DNA of 64,000 bases from a virus: IMG/VR virus record IMGVR_UViG_3300026136_000008, one strand, 5' to 3'. Both the position numbers and the translations under genes were made by a program. Positions within the stretch are counted from its first letter, which is position 1; the number at the start of each line of letters is the position of its first letter. Below are positions 26,525-37,115 of the stretch, piece by piece. The notes under the pieces were generated by a model. The model was given only the letters and a program-made list of their open reading frames with translations. It was not told the DNA's origin and did no database searches.

Positions 26525-28004
26525 TTAAATCGCCATTGTAAAATATGTATTGTTTATTATTAGGATATATAATCTCTAATTTTTCTGGGTGTACTTGCCA
26601 TGATGTAGAATCTTTAATGTCTTCTTGAACACCAAAAATATGAGGAAGTTCTTTTAATAATTTATGAAAAAACAGCGGTGATTTATCACGTGACCAATAA
26701 GCTACTTTATGTTCTTGAAAGTATCCTAATAATTCAAATACGTATTTAAGCTCTTCCCAATCATCTACTTTATCTAATAGTGTTGATCCATCTGTTTTAT
26801 ATTGGTCAAATTCAAAATACCTTGAAAAAATCCTTGCTGCTTTACCATGTTCTTGTACACCACTTGCAAACATCGGTGGTAGTTGTCTATGGTATATTTC
26901 TTTGCCTCTTACATCATGCTTATATCTTTTATGTTTTAGTAATGGACCAAATACAATATTGTATACCCACATCTTATCTAGGTGCAATCCTTTTTCTGAA
27001 TAGTTATCTGCTAATCTATGGTTGTGCCTCTCTTTTTCCATTAATTTAAATGCATTTGCGCACAGCTCAAGTTCTTTATAAGTTAATTTAGGATTTACTT
27101 TTCCTCTCCATATATAAGGTACTACCTTTTCGCCCTTAGGTAAATATCTAATTGGAGGTATTCTATCCCATTCTTCTATAGGTAATTTATTATATTGTGG
27201 ACCACATAAAATTCCATGTATATCTTTTTCAGTCCATGTTCGTGATCTTCTACCTTCAGATCTATAACATGTGATATGAGCAATTAATCTACGTCCACTA
27301 AATATATCGCAATCAGTTACTACATCTTCATAAGCATGATATTTATTTTTATAATGAAGCTGTACTGAATTTGCTATTGTATTTAATTCTAAGCCATCTC
27401 TCCAAACCCTTTGATCTTTCATAGGCTCTTGTATGATAGCATGACGAGCCCCATATGCTTGTTGTATATCTTGAAAATATCTCTGATGTTGTTGCGGTTC
27501 ATATAATAAAACACCTGACCATATTAAACAATCAACTTTATAATCAACTTGATAGGCAACTTCTACATTAGGTGTTGCGTCACTTGCAAATATATCATCT
27601 ATAAATTTATATGTACCAACTTTATATTCTATGCCTGGAAATTCTTCCCACACCTTTTGTGCGTATTCAATAGATTCTGTACTTGTATCAAATCCAAAGT
27701 AACGATAATCCTCGTCGATATAACCTCTCTCATATAATATATCATTTACTGGGCCGTGTCTACAACCAATATCGACTATGGTCTTATGACCAAATTTCAT
27801 TATATAATCTGCTTGAGCTTCGAATATAGGTTTAGCTTCATCACTATCTAAATAATCCATACTATAATGCCTATATTCTTCTTGCAAAGGAACCTTATCG
27901 TACTCACCCTCCGGCAACCTAGGCCAAGGCATTCCATTTACAAAGTGCGGTTCTTTAGTTTCTATTTCAGGAGTATGTTTTTTCCACATGTTCTTTAAAT
28001 TCAT
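26499..28004 (-). CDS. Class I SAM-dependent methyltransferase fused to an unknown domain
   Basis: IVDIGCRHG, YFGFDTS, WSGVLLY. Confidence 0.7.
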   Translation of the reverse strand: MNLKNMWKKHTPEIETKEPHFVNGMPWPRLPEGEYDKVPLQEEYRHYSMDYLDSDEAKPIFEAQADYIMKFGHKTIVDIGCRHGPVNDILYERGYIDEDYRYFGFDTSTESIEYAQKVWEEFPGIEYKVGTYKFIDDIFASDATPNVEVAYQVDYKVDCLIWSGVLLYEPQQHQRYFQDIQQAYGARHAIIQEPMKDQRVWRDGLELNTIANSVQLHYKNKYHAYEDVVTDCDIFSGRRLIAHITCYRSEGRRSRTWTEKDIHGILCGPQYNKLPIEEWDRIPPIRYLPKGEKVVPYIWRGKVNPKLTYKELELCANAFKLMEKERHNHRLADNYSEKGLHLDKMWVYNIVFGPLLKHKRYKHDVRGKEIYHRQLPPMFASGVQEHGKAARIFSRYFEFDQYKTDGSTLLDKVDDWEELKYVFELLGYFQEHKVAYWSRDKSPLFFHKLLKELPHIFGVQEDIKDSTSWQVHPEKLEIIYPNNKQYIFYNGDLNEVLYNGD

Positions 28005-28548
28005 TATATGTTTTATTTATACCTCTCCAGGCAAAGCAAAATATAGCTCGAGGTGCTTCAACCACTTGTACATCATGTAAGTAAGCAGTGTTTAATAATA
28101 CTGGCTTGTCAACCAGTATTTCCCCCATCTGTATTGCTGGATATTTGTCTTGCAACATATTCCAATGAGTCTTGCCATGCCTATATTCTAATTGATGTTG
28201 ATGTGTTTCGTATATGCCAATCTTTGCTTGACCAAACATAGGTAATAATAAATTAAATTGATTGCCTTCTCTCTCATCAAAATCTATATGAGGTGGAACA
28301 CCCGATCTTAAAGTACCATTTAAGTTAAAGCCCGTACCGTGTTCGCACATACCCATATGAGCGTCTGATCCCCATGTTAATAATCTATCCCATTGTCTAT
28401 AATAATCTGGGTTAGATATAAGAACATGTGATTCAGTACCACATTCGATATACTCTAAGGCTGTCTCACCACGAACTTCATTATGCATTCGTATAAGCCA
28501 ATCTTTATCATAATCGACATTAACATATTCAGCTATTCCACTTAGCAT
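27967..28548 (-). CDS. Fe(II)/2OG-type double-stranded beta-helix oxygenase-like protein
   Basis: PPHID...LLNTAYLHDV...PR. Confidence 0.6.
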   Translation of the reverse strand: MLSGIAEYVNVDYDKDWLIRMHNEVRGETALEYIECGTESHVLISNPDYYRQWDRLLTWGSDAHMGMCEHGTGFNLNGTLRSGVPPHIDFDEREGNQFNLLLPMFGQAKIGIYETHQHQLEYRHGKTHWNMLQDKYPAIQMGEILVDKPVLLNTAYLHDVQVVEAPRAIFCFAWRGINKTYNEFKEHVEKTYS

Positions 28549-29164
28549 CCCATTCCTTATATTGTTCTACCCATTTTTGTGGTCTATCTTTCATGTCAGG
28601 TTTTCTTTCTTTCGGTTCATTTAACCAATAATTATTATGGTCAAATATTTCAATACATACATCTTTGACCCATTCATAATTACCTGGCACACATTCTTTC
28701 CAGCCATTGTTCATGCAAAAAGTATCATAAACTATACCACCCATTTTCTCTATTAAATGTCTTGTCATATCAAAATGTCTATGCCCAGCATTTTTTGTTA
28801 CAGGTGTAAATGTTATTACATAGATAGGTTTATTTGAGAATGGTCCATCTTGACCAAGATCAGAATTAAAATGTGTTGAACATATTATCCAATCCATTGC
28901 ATTCTTAAATCCAACAGAATAATGAGCAGTAGCTTCAGGTACTGCAAACACTAATATATCTGCCTCTTTAATAACCTTTAAAAAGTTATGTACACGAGCT
29001 AAGACTTTACCATCAGCACTATTCTTATTACAAATAGGCATATTAAAATCTGTCATGTCATACACGTAATCAAGACCCATTAATCCTAGGCCTCGTGTGT
29101 TCATGGAATTTTCTGCGTAACTAAAGGATATTCCTGTAATTACACTTTTAGTATGCGCCGACAT
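28529..29164 (-). CDS. NAD(P)H-dependent FMN reductase (flavodoxin-like)
   Basis: SFSYAENSMN, ADILVFAVPE, FKNAMDW, NKP. Confidence 0.8.
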   Translation of the reverse strand: MSAHTKSVITGISFSYAENSMNTRGLGLMGLDYVYDMTDFNMPICNKNSADGKVLARVHNFLKVIKEADILVFAVPEATAHYSVGFKNAMDWIICSTHFNSDLGQDGPFSNKPIYVITFTPVTKNAGHRHFDMTRHLIEKMGGIVYDTFCMNNGWKECVPGNYEWVKDVCIEIFDHNNYWLNEPKERKPDMKDRPQKWVEQYKEWDAKWNS

Positions 29165-30068
29165 TTTTAAATTTGTTTTTAAAGCCTTTCATACCTTTTT
29201 TTAATTCTTCATTACTCAACACATTATTATAGAATTCTGGTAATGGCATAATAGTACTATAATCAGTTGCTATTCTCCATAGCTCACGATCTAAATCACT
29301 TATTGCTGTTCGTCTATGTAGTGAGGCAAACTGGTCCATAAGTATTAAGTCGCCCTTTTTAAATATGTGATGATCCATATATTTAGATCTCATTATTTTT
29401 TTATATAATGTATCAACAAATTCATCTCTGTCAATTTGCTTTCTCTTTCCACCTGGTGGTGTATACCATACCTTTCTAATAAAATGATATGAGAAATAGA
29501 TATAGTCTTCATTAGTATGCGGATGCTTACCACACAATGGTCTAATTTGACCACTATGACTATCCATCACTTCTAACTCTGGATCATCATCTTCTATTTC
29601 CATCATAGTATTATTTTTGTATTTAAAATAACAAATAATATTATTATAATAATCTTTCTCTTCTTGTGAAAAATCTTTAAATACATCTCTTGTATTTACA
29701 ATCGATAAAGTAGTATCTTCACATTCCTTGTGACAATATAATCCTATTAGTATTTTTTTAATATCTTTCCTTGAGTTTCCGTTTGAATGCCAACCTAATT
29801 CTTTTTCACCAAACATACCTACTTTCTTTCCATCTATTTTTTTGCCAGTGACAATAAAGATTTCTGGATTCTCTGGAGGATTCATCCAAAGCTTTGGTGT
29901 TTCAGGTTCACCAAACCTTTTCATTACTTCAACATATTCTGACTGAGTAAAGTCTTGCTCATAAAAGAAAACTGGCTTACCGGTTTGAACTTCTTTTGCA
30001 ACTTCTAATAGTTCTTCATTAGAAAAATCTAATAATTTTTTGTCAGAATTTGATGTTTGTGTAGTCAA
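29148..30068 (-). CDS. TauD/TfdA-family dioxygenase
   Basis: LGWHSN, HPHT, GDLILMDQFASLHRR, RELWR; probable TTG start at 30068 after GGAG. Confidence 0.82.
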   Translation of the reverse strand: MTTQTSNSDKKLLDFSNEELLEVAKEVQTGKPVFFYEQDFTQSEYVEVMKRFGEPETPKLWMNPPENPEIFIVTGKKIDGKKVGMFGEKELGWHSNGNSRKDIKKILIGLYCHKECEDTTLSIVNTRDVFKDFSQEEKDYYNNIICYFKYKNNTMMEIEDDDPELEVMDSHSGQIRPLCGKHPHTNEDYIYFSYHFIRKVWYTPPGGKRKQIDRDEFVDTLYKKIMRSKYMDHHIFKKGDLILMDQFASLHRRTAISDLDRELWRIATDYSTIMPLPEFYNNVLSNEELKKGMKGFKNKFKNVGAY

Positions 30069-30912
30069 ATGCAGTTCTCCATAATTGTCTTTCAAGGTAT
30101 TGTATCGGCGATCTCCTATGAATAGTATGCAACTGGTCCATAATTAATAAGTCGCCTCGTCTAAATACATGATGAACCATATATTTTGATTTAAATAATG
30201 TTTGCCATAAATCATCTTTAAAATGTTTAAATTCGTGACCAGTTAATCTTACACCGTTTCGACTAGCACCCACCATAAAAGGCACACAAAAATATAAGTA
30301 TTCTCTACCATCAACTGGATGTACACCTACGAGTGGTCTACGATCAAGATCCTCATGATGATTGTTAGCATTTTTATCTCTATAATGTTTTATACCAGTT
30401 CTAATTTCACCTGATGGTTCCGGATCATCTTCTGAGTCATGTTCAGATATAGCATATATAGCATCATTTACATGGTCAAGATGTATATCAAATTCTCTAA
30501 AATAGTTTTGTCTTTCTTCAGATAATTCAGCAAAGCAATCTACTTGGCTACATATAGAAAGAACTGTATCAATGCATTCCTCAACACAATACAATGATAC
30601 TATTATATCCTCGAACTCGTGCCGTGCCGATCCATTCTGATGCCACTCTAATTCAGTATCACCAAACATTCCAATACGTTTACCTTCCTCATTCCTCTGT
30701 CCAGATACAATACTAATTTCTCTGGCATTTACTGGATTCATAAAGTATTCATTACGATCCATTTTACCGAATCGCTTACATGCTTCAATGTGTTGTTGTT
30801 GTGTTAGATTTTGTTCGTGAAGTACTATGCTACCATCTTGTACTACTTTTAATGCTAAATCTTTTATTTGTTCGTCGCTATAATCTAATATCTGTAATGT
30901 CATCTTGTCCAT
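30043..30912 (-). CDS. TauD/TfdA-family dioxygenase
   Basis: LEWHQN, LVGVHPVDG, GDLLIMDQLHTIHRR, RQLWR. Confidence 0.82.
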   Translation of the reverse strand: MDKMTLQILDYSDEQIKDLALKVVQDGSIVLHEQNLTQQQHIEACKRFGKMDRNEYFMNPVNAREISIVSGQRNEEGKRIGMFGDTELEWHQNGSARHEFEDIIVSLYCVEECIDTVLSICSQVDCFAELSEERQNYFREFDIHLDHVNDAIYAISEHDSEDDPEPSGEIRTGIKHYRDKNANNHHEDLDRRPLVGVHPVDGREYLYFCVPFMVGASRNGVRLTGHEFKHFKDDLWQTLFKSKYMVHHVFRRGDLLIMDQLHTIHRRSPIQYLERQLWRTAFDYTNIKF

Positions 30913-31510
30913 CCAAACTAAACATAAAGGCTATACGTGGTTCTTCACTTTGATTAAATACTCCGTGTGCAAATCCAGTATTAAAGAAATATGCTTTGCC
31001 TGCTTCTAAATGTGTCTCTATAATTTCACCTTTTACCTTAAATCTATTTATCACTTTCTTATTTGTATAAACTGGTATCACAACCCTTGTTGCATAGGTA
31101 GGATCATAATCGATATGCATCGGAACATCAGTATTCCCATCAAGTTTAGTAATACGAATTCTCATCTTATCGCATTTAAATTGATTAGCTATTTCTTCAA
31201 AGTAACTTCCAATAAATTTATCGTTTGGCTTATTATATAATTTCTCTTCGTTTCTTCTCAATCTTTCTTTTATATCATCAGTATATGGTAACTCTTCACC
31301 GTTAAGCTCAGTTAAGTTTATTTGTTTAAAGTTATCGTATACAGATTTACTCAACGCCATATGGTTATCACATAGTGCTTTGTTCGCAGTTTTAACATCA
31401 ACATATTCGGCAGCTAAAACATCTGTTGCTGCTTGAAGCTTGCCAAGATCTATATTGATATGTTTTAATTCACCATGTGTTGGTAACTTATATTTTGTTC
31501 TTGGTTTCAT
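30878..31510 (-). CDS. Asp/Asn beta-hydroxylase-like Fe/2OG oxygenase
   Basis: PMHIDYD...FNTGFAHGVFN...PRIAFMF; start MKPRTK 5 nt after TATAAATA (31516-31523). Confidence 0.75.
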   Translation of the reverse strand: MKPRTKYKLPTHGELKHINIDLGKLQAATDVLAAEYVDVKTANKALCDNHMALSKSVYDNFKQINLTELNGEELPYTDDIKERLRRNEEKLYNKPNDKFIGSYFEEIANQFKCDKMRIRITKLDGNTDVPMHIDYDPTYATRVVIPVYTNKKVINRFKVKGEIIETHLEAGKAYFFNTGFAHGVFNQSEEPRIAFMFSLDGQDDITDIRL

Positions 31511-31526
31511 ATACTTATTTATATGG

Positions 31527-32471
31527 CTATACAACATAGTTATGATGTTTCCTTAAATGCGATTTATACCATTTAGCCGTACGCAATAATCTACGTGGCT
31601 TATCCTTTAATATGTCTGGTCTTCTATGTATACCTATTACATTATCAAATAAACATATGTCGCCTTCCTGCCATTTGTGTTTATATGTGTACTTTTCATT
31701 ACATACATAATCTTCCCATAACTCATAAAATAATTTTTTAGAGTGTTCATACGGTTCACCATCTTTTAAAAATCCGTGTACTTCATACGGGCTAAAGAAT
31801 AAACCTTCAGGGCCGACTGGATGATCAGGTACAAGTTTATGGTTATTCATTATACCACGAGATGCACCAAACTTATGTTTATTCTCAGGCTCCATGTTTA
31901 AACAGTTAACTATCTCACGAGTATTTCTATTCTTATTAATCTCATCAAGAACTTCTTGACCATATATTTTTTTAAATGATGGTTGCCAAGCTTTTTTAAT
32001 AACACCTAATTCCCTTTTAGGATCAAGCACAACAGTAAGTTGTCTCAATAAATCTTTCTTATGTTCATGTAATTGTTTAAAATACGGCAGTGAATTAGCA
32101 AACCAAGTTTCAGTATCATATGTGATTGTCTTTGCGTATAAGCCTATGACTTCCTCAGCATCAGCAACTGGTGTCATATTTGTATGCCAATCTAATTCAT
32201 AGTCACCAAACAATCCTTGGTTCCTATCATCCATCATCTCATTTGTTACAGTCCAGAATAAATCAGAATGTTCCTTATCAGTACACCATATCTCTGGACT
32301 TAAATGATAACCCACACCAAGCGACCACTCAGCATATTCTTCAGGTGTTGCACCGCTATCACGTATAACAACAACTCCAGCATGAGCAACCATTCTTGCT
32401 ATATTATCTGGATCTAAATCTTCTAATGGAATTTCTAAATAAGTTGGTACTACCATAGTGGTGTTAAGCAA
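31527..32471 (-). CDS. TauD/TfdA-family dioxygenase
   Basis: LDWHTN, ETWFAN, HKWQEGDICLFDN..GIHRR, RRLLR. Confidence 0.85.
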   Translation of the reverse strand: MLNTTMVVPTYLEIPLEDLDPDNIARMVAHAGVVVIRDSGATPEEYAEWSLGVGYHLSPEIWCTDKEHSDLFWTVTNEMMDDRNQGLFGDYELDWHTNMTPVADAEEVIGLYAKTITYDTETWFANSLPYFKQLHEHKKDLLRQLTVVLDPKRELGVIKKAWQPSFKKIYGQEVLDEINKNRNTREIVNCLNMEPENKHKFGASRGIMNNHKLVPDHPVGPEGLFFSPYEVHGFLKDGEPYEHSKKLFYELWEDYVCNEKYTYKHKWQEGDICLFDNVIGIHRRPDILKDKPRRLLRTAKWYKSHLRKHHNYVV

Positions 32472-33274
32472 AGCCTCGCTGTTGGATTATCATGCATTCG
32501 TCTTCTCCTTTTATAATATTTATCACCGCTCTGGGCAAGGAAAAAAACGTCAGATGGTACTAAACTATACTCTGAACATAGAGCTAGTTGTCTTCCTCTA
32601 TTTTCGTGAAACATTTCATCGACATGAAAATTGCTCATAATAAGATCCATTGTTTTTACTGATGCATAATTCCAATTCTCAAACTGCTTGAGTAGATGTA
32701 ATGTCTTATGTGGTTTCTTTGTATAAACTAAACCACATCTGTTACCTATCATGCCGAATCCTTTTGAGAAACTAAACATTACTTGTTCAGTATTTTTTGG
32801 TATATGTATTCTTTGTGTATCTGTGCTAGATACATATGTGCAGTCTAATATAACAGGGCAATTAACTTCTACATCTCTAAACATACCATCGCCAGCAAAT
32901 GGATTAGATAGATATAATACTTTGTGCGGATCAATAAAATACGAATGTTCTATCTCTGTTCCTGCATCAATCATATTAGGATATTCATAATCACCTTTAA
33001 TGTATTGCCATTGACGATCTTCTGTTTGTAACCAATGATGAATTGCATCTGTTGTACCATTTGTAACATAGCAATATGGAAAGTCACTTAAGTCAGTAAT
33101 CTCATGAACCCAGTTTCTATGCGTAGCCTCAACCCATTCTAATTCTTGGGTGGCTTTACCTGATCCACGTTGATAATAAGTATCGGATATGCGTTGTTCT
33201 TTCAGCAGATGCCAAATATCTTCTGACATAGGTACATCTACCCATCTATTATTTTTTAAAGTCTCTTTTTCCAA
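32450..33274 (-). CDS. PLP-dependent aminotransferase class I/II-like
   Basis: TNGTTDAI, LSNP, ILDCTY, FSFSKGFGMIGNRCG (PLP lysine motif). Confidence 0.8.
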   Translation of the reverse strand: MEKETLKNNRWVDVPMSEDIWHLLKEQRISDTYYQRGSGKATQELEWVEATHRNWVHEITDLSDFPYCYVTNGTTDAIHHWLQTEDRQWQYIKGDYEYPNMIDAGTEIEHSYFIDPHKVLYLSNPFAGDGMFRDVEVNCPVILDCTYVSSTDTQRIHIPKNTEQVMFSFSKGFGMIGNRCGLVYTKKPHKTLHLLKQFENWNYASVKTMDLIMSNFHVDEMFHENRGRQLALCSEYSLVPSDVFFLAQSGDKYYKRRRRMHDNPTARLCLTPLW

Positions 33275-33900
33275 AATCTCTCTGCCAAATGTCCACCTAA
33301 ATCGTATTTACCTAATATCAACCTACGCGGTTCATCATGGTGTACTTTGTGATAACCATCGCCACCTAAAATCCAATTCATCCATGGACCATCTGTCGGA
33401 CCATTCCAATGACCAAATATATTTAACATACCAAATCCTACCTTTGCAAATAGGTATGGCATAAATGCTGCACCCCACCAGAAGTATGGTGATATAGCCA
33501 TACATACTGCCCAATATAACCATAAGAATGTTTCCCAATTCTCATGAGCCCATACAAGTCTTGGGTTATTGTATAAGTCTTTTGCAAACCTTACTGGAAC
33601 ATGTTTTAAATCCCAAGTAGTAGTTGCTACTTTCCAGTAACCTATTCGTTTAGCGTCATGTGGATCTAATGGTCCCTCTGTATCTGCATGGTGCATTCTA
33701 TGAGAACTTATCCAACCAATAGGTGTACGAACACACGCAATGAGTATGCCTATAATAAAGCCCCATTCGTGAAATACACTTGTTCTAAATTGTCCGTGAG
33801 CAAAGTATCTATGTAATCCCACGGAGACAGCGTAATGTGTAATTACCTGACACCATAAGAAGCCTAAGCCTGTTGCCCATAAAAATAATTCTAAATCCAT
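33256..33900 (-). CDS. Membrane fatty-acid desaturase (delta-9-like)
   Basis: His boxes HRYFAH, HRMHH, HKVHH plus TM segments. Confidence 0.88.
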   Translation of the reverse strand: MDLELFLWATGLGFLWCQVITHYAVSVGLHRYFAHGQFRTSVFHEWGFIIGILIACVRTPIGWISSHRMHHADTEGPLDPHDAKRIGYWKVATTTWDLKHVPVRFAKDLYNNPRLVWAHENWETFLWLYWAVCMAISPYFWWGAAFMPYLFAKVGFGMLNIFGHWNGPTDGPWMNWILGGDGYHKVHHDEPRRLILGKYDLGGHLAERFWKKRL

Positions 33901-34631
33901 TTTCCCATTGCCATATATCTATTCCAAAAATTATATGTCTTACCTTCTTTACTTTTCATTGTTCGCCATCCACCATTTAATAATTGAATGCCATTCTTTT
34001 CTGCCAGCTCTTGCTCATTTTCTACACAATTAATATGATCGTCTTCATCCGTTTTATTATTACTTTGTAAACATAATAAGGTTCTTTCAGGATCAAAATA
34101 ATATTCTTTCATACTCAACATATCTGGCATATGTTCACATGAGGTATTAATTATTAAATGAGCTCTACGCTTCTCTTTATAATTAAAATAATCACCCATG
34201 CTATTGCTAAATATTTTAACATCTTGTATATCTACCCACCATGTACTTAGATATACTCCAAACACTTTTGCCGCAAATGGATCCACATCAAAAAAGTCAA
34301 TAGCTCTTATCTGATCACCGTATTTATTATATAACAAATCTATAAGAGGAAAGCCAAACCAACCACCAACAATTTCAACCTTAAATCGACCTTCCTGATC
34401 ACGTGGTATTTGTACCTTATCTAATTCTTTTACTAACCAATTCTTACCTTCTATCTGATTAGGTGATATGCTTTCAATAAATCTATCCATCTTATCTGGA
34501 TAATTTCTATTAAACCATTTGAGCATATTATAATATATTTCAGGATCTACTGGTTTTTTTACATCATGACCCATATGATCTGCGTCACGTGGTCCTAATT
34601 CTTTTTCTAAATCTACTATTCCTAATTGCAT
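33891..34631 (-). CDS. Class I SAM methyltransferase-like protein
   Basis: IVGGWFG, FDVDP, IINTSCEHM. Confidence 0.6.
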   Translation of the reverse strand: MQLGIVDLEKELGPRDADHMGHDVKKPVDPEIYYNMLKWFNRNYPDKMDRFIESISPNQIEGKNWLVKELDKVQIPRDQEGRFKVEIVGGWFGFPLIDLLYNKYGDQIRAIDFFDVDPFAAKVFGVYLSTWWVDIQDVKIFSNSMGDYFNYKEKRRAHLIINTSCEHMPDMLSMKEYYFDPERTLLCLQSNNKTDEDDHINCVENEQELAEKNGIQLLNGGWRTMKSKEGKTYNFWNRYMAMGKWI

Positions 34632-35119
34632 CCGTATACCACATAATATTTACCTTTCCATCTATTAAATTCATTAAATGTCCAGATTTCTTTTAATTCA
34701 TTTTGTTCCGCTAATTGTTTATTACCAGTAATAGGATTACAATCACCGTTATGATGTTCATTATCACCTACTAATATAAATTCTCTATCCTTATACATCT
34801 TACCTAACGGCCACATCTTTTCACAAGCATAATTTATAATGAGCTCTTCTTTTAGTTCAATATCAAATACAACATCAGCAGTAATAATTTCATCGCAAGC
34901 TCTTTGAGGATCGTAGTCGTACATATTTACTGTAAGTCTATCAATAGCATTAAACTCATCATATAAATTTCTTTTATCCGCTGGGCCCACGATAGCAATA
35001 GATTCAGCTTCACTAAATGTTGTTATTTGTGTATATATCCAGGCATCAACTTGCGTCATAACTTGTCCAATATTCCCAGGGCCATTGACCCTCTGTTTCA
35101 TGTAATTCAAATGCTTCAA
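34622..35119 (-). CDS. Methyltransferase-like paralog of the adjacent gene
   Basis: YDYDP, IINYACEKM, N..H..DCNP..QLAEQN parallel motifs in the 33891 gene. Confidence 0.5.
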   Translation of the reverse strand: MKHLNYMKQRVNGPGNIGQVMTQVDAWIYTQITTFSEAESIAIVGPADKRNLYDEFNAIDRLTVNMYDYDPQRACDEIITADVVFDIELKEELIINYACEKMWPLGKMYKDREFILVGDNEHHNGDCNPITGNKQLAEQNELKEIWTFNEFNRWKGKYYVVYGCN

Positions 35120-35849
35120 TACCCATTCTTTGTATTCGAATGTGTGATGTATTAAATAATGTCATCCTTGCTTCTTCTCTTTCGGTATGAGGCGGCTCAC
35201 TAAAATTATAATTATCTACAATGCCTTCTTCCCAATACGCTAATCTATCGTTACGATAATGCTGGTAATATAAGTATTTATCTAAAGACTTGTAGGTGAA
35301 CATGAGCTTCTCTAGATTTTCATTTGTATAATCAAATAACCATTGAGCATCTTGCCATGCCACAAAGCTTGAGTTAACGTGACAATCTGATCCTTTACCA
35401 AACCATTTGTGTGCACCTTCTTTTTTTATATTCCAGTGGTTTAGAATAAATGTTGGCTTATCAAAATCTCTACTTACTAATTCTGTTATATCACCGTGAA
35501 TTAAATTATCTAAGTCTACCCACAGCTTTGTGCCTGGAAGATCTAAATCAAATAGACATAATTTTTCACGAGTAAAAATTTTATCTTGACCATAAGATCT
35601 CCAATGATCTGGACCAAATGTATTATAATCTATTAAGCCTACATCAGGATTAATCCCACTAGGGTTATCAGTAATACAAGTAAAGTTAAAATCCAGATCA
35701 CAAAACCTCTTTATACTTCCGTATAATCTATTAACATATTCTGGTCCATATAATGTTCCCCACTTAAACGTAAAGAAGTTTAATTTTACTTCCGGGTTCG
35801 ACTTCGCTAGGAAATCCTCCGTACTCAATAATATACCATCTGATGACAT
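35046..35849 (-). CDS. Glycosyltransferase (GT-A, DxD)
   Basis: KWGTLYGPEYVNRLY, FTCITD, WVDLD, VNSS. Confidence 0.75.
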   Translation of the reverse strand: MSSDGILLSTEDFLAKSNPEVKLNFFTFKWGTLYGPEYVNRLYGSIKRFCDLDFNFTCITDNPSGINPDVGLIDYNTFGPDHWRSYGQDKIFTREKLCLFDLDLPGTKLWVDLDNLIHGDITELVSRDFDKPTFILNHWNIKKEGAHKWFGKGSDCHVNSSFVAWQDAQWLFDYTNENLEKLMFTYKSLDKYLYYQHYRNDRLAYWEEGIVDNYNFSEPPHTEREEARMTLFNTSHIRIQRMGIEAFELHETEGQWPWEYWTSYDAS

Positions 35850-35994
35850 TCTTGTAAAATTCCTCTGAGTTATGATTTGCTTTAAATTGTTTTATCCATA
35901 TATTGTTTGCATTATGCGAACTTATAACTCGTGCGGCTTCTAACTGAAGTTCACGTGTATCAAAAGTATTTATAAGCTCTTCTATTGCGTCCAT
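35764..35994 (-). CDS. Hypothetical protein
   Basis: Fills the gap in the operon and overlaps both neighbours. Confidence 0.5.
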   Translation of the reverse strand: MDAIEELINTFDTRELQLEAARVISSHNANNIWIKQFKANHNSEEFYKNVIRWYIIEYGGFPSEVEPGSKIKLLYV

Positions 35995-37115
35995 AATGGG
36001 ATCATATTTCCTGGCTTGCGTTTAGGTATCTTACTATCGGCTGAAGATACACAAGCACTTGTTGTACATATCTTGGGTCCATCATATAACTTAAACCCAG
36101 TTTCTATTTGGCCTAATGGTTCATCATGGCAAGAATAACTTCTTTTGATTGTACCATCTGGTTCACGTATAATAATACTTCTATAACCTGATGAACATTC
36201 CCATCCATTAAAGTTATTAAAGTTAAATGCATTGAATCTTTCTGCCTGATCCATATACCATTTCTTACCATGCTTATCTGTAAATTCTATTTCAAAGTGA
36301 GCAGGTACTTTACCATATCTATTATCTACTGCTTTGTTTCTCCACTTATAATGTGGTCTATCAACTTTAGATTTTTCTTGAGTGTATGCTCGTTGTGGCA
36401 TTCCTTTATGTAAAACTGCTAATTGTTCATCTGTATATCCATCTACAACAAATGAAGCGGTAGGATCTGATTGAGGTTTAAGTGTTACATTTATATCTCT
36501 GCTATGAAAGTACAATGCTTCCTCATAAAATTTCTCAAAGAACTCAGGCACCATAACTATATTAATAGTAACTTGTATATTATGTTCTTGACAGAATTCT
36601 AATTTGTCTGCAAATTCTTTTACCTTCTTTGGTGTGTTTACATGTTCTCTATGATAAGAAGCTGTAATCGATACACGATGCATATCTTTAGATGCTTGAT
36701 AATATTCCTCGAACCATTTTAACGGTCGAGAAATATTTGAGGTCATGTGAAGTGAGTGAAAATTACATCTGCTAACATCATCATTGAGATGACGTACAAT
36801 ATCCAAATACTGTGGATGAAAGGTTGGCTCTCCACCAGAGAGGCTAAAGTGGAACGAATTAAACCCCCTTTCCCTTGCTTGTCTTTTAATTTCATCTATT
36901 GTTCCTATAGTTGCTTTAAGTGGTCTATGGTCTTTCTTATCTGATCTTGCATACGGCCAGCAATAAGAACAGCGGTAATTACAGAATCTTCCTAGTAACC
37001 AAGATACTGTAAATGTATCTCTATCCAACATAGAACGTGTACCAAAATGTTCTATATCATCAAAAGGTATTTGACCGAAGTCATATTCACTCCACTTTAA
37101 TTCTTTTACTGCCAT
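35982..37115 (-). CDS. Radical SAM protein with C-terminal twitch-like domain
   Basis: CNYRCSYC, SGGEPT; C-terminal CSSG...DGTIKRSYSC...C....C. Confidence 0.92.
   Translation of the reverse strand: MAVKELKWSEYDFGQIPFDDIEHFGTRSMLDRDTFTVSWLLGRFCNYRCSYCWPYARSDKKDHRPLKATIGTIDEIKRQARERGFNSFHFSLSGGEPTFHPQYLDIVRHLNDDVSRCNFHSLHMTSNISRPLKWFEEYYQASKDMHRVSITASYHREHVNTPKKVKEFADKLEFCQEHNIQVTINIVMVPEFFEKFYEEALYFHSRDINVTLKPQSDPTASFVVDGYTDEQLAVLHKGMPQRAYTQEKSKVDRPHYKWRNKAVDNRYGKVPAHFEIEFTDKHGKKWYMDQAERFNAFNFNNFNGWECSSGYRSIIIREPDGTIKRSYSCHDEPLGQIETGFKLYDGPKICTTSACVSSADSKIPKRKPGNMIPLWTQ

Noticed and set aside
35764-35994. 76-aa ORF as a RiPP precursor peptide or PqqD/RRE domain
   Set aside because: No leader/core pattern or Cys/aromatic repeat motif, and RRE similarity cannot be judged without a profile search
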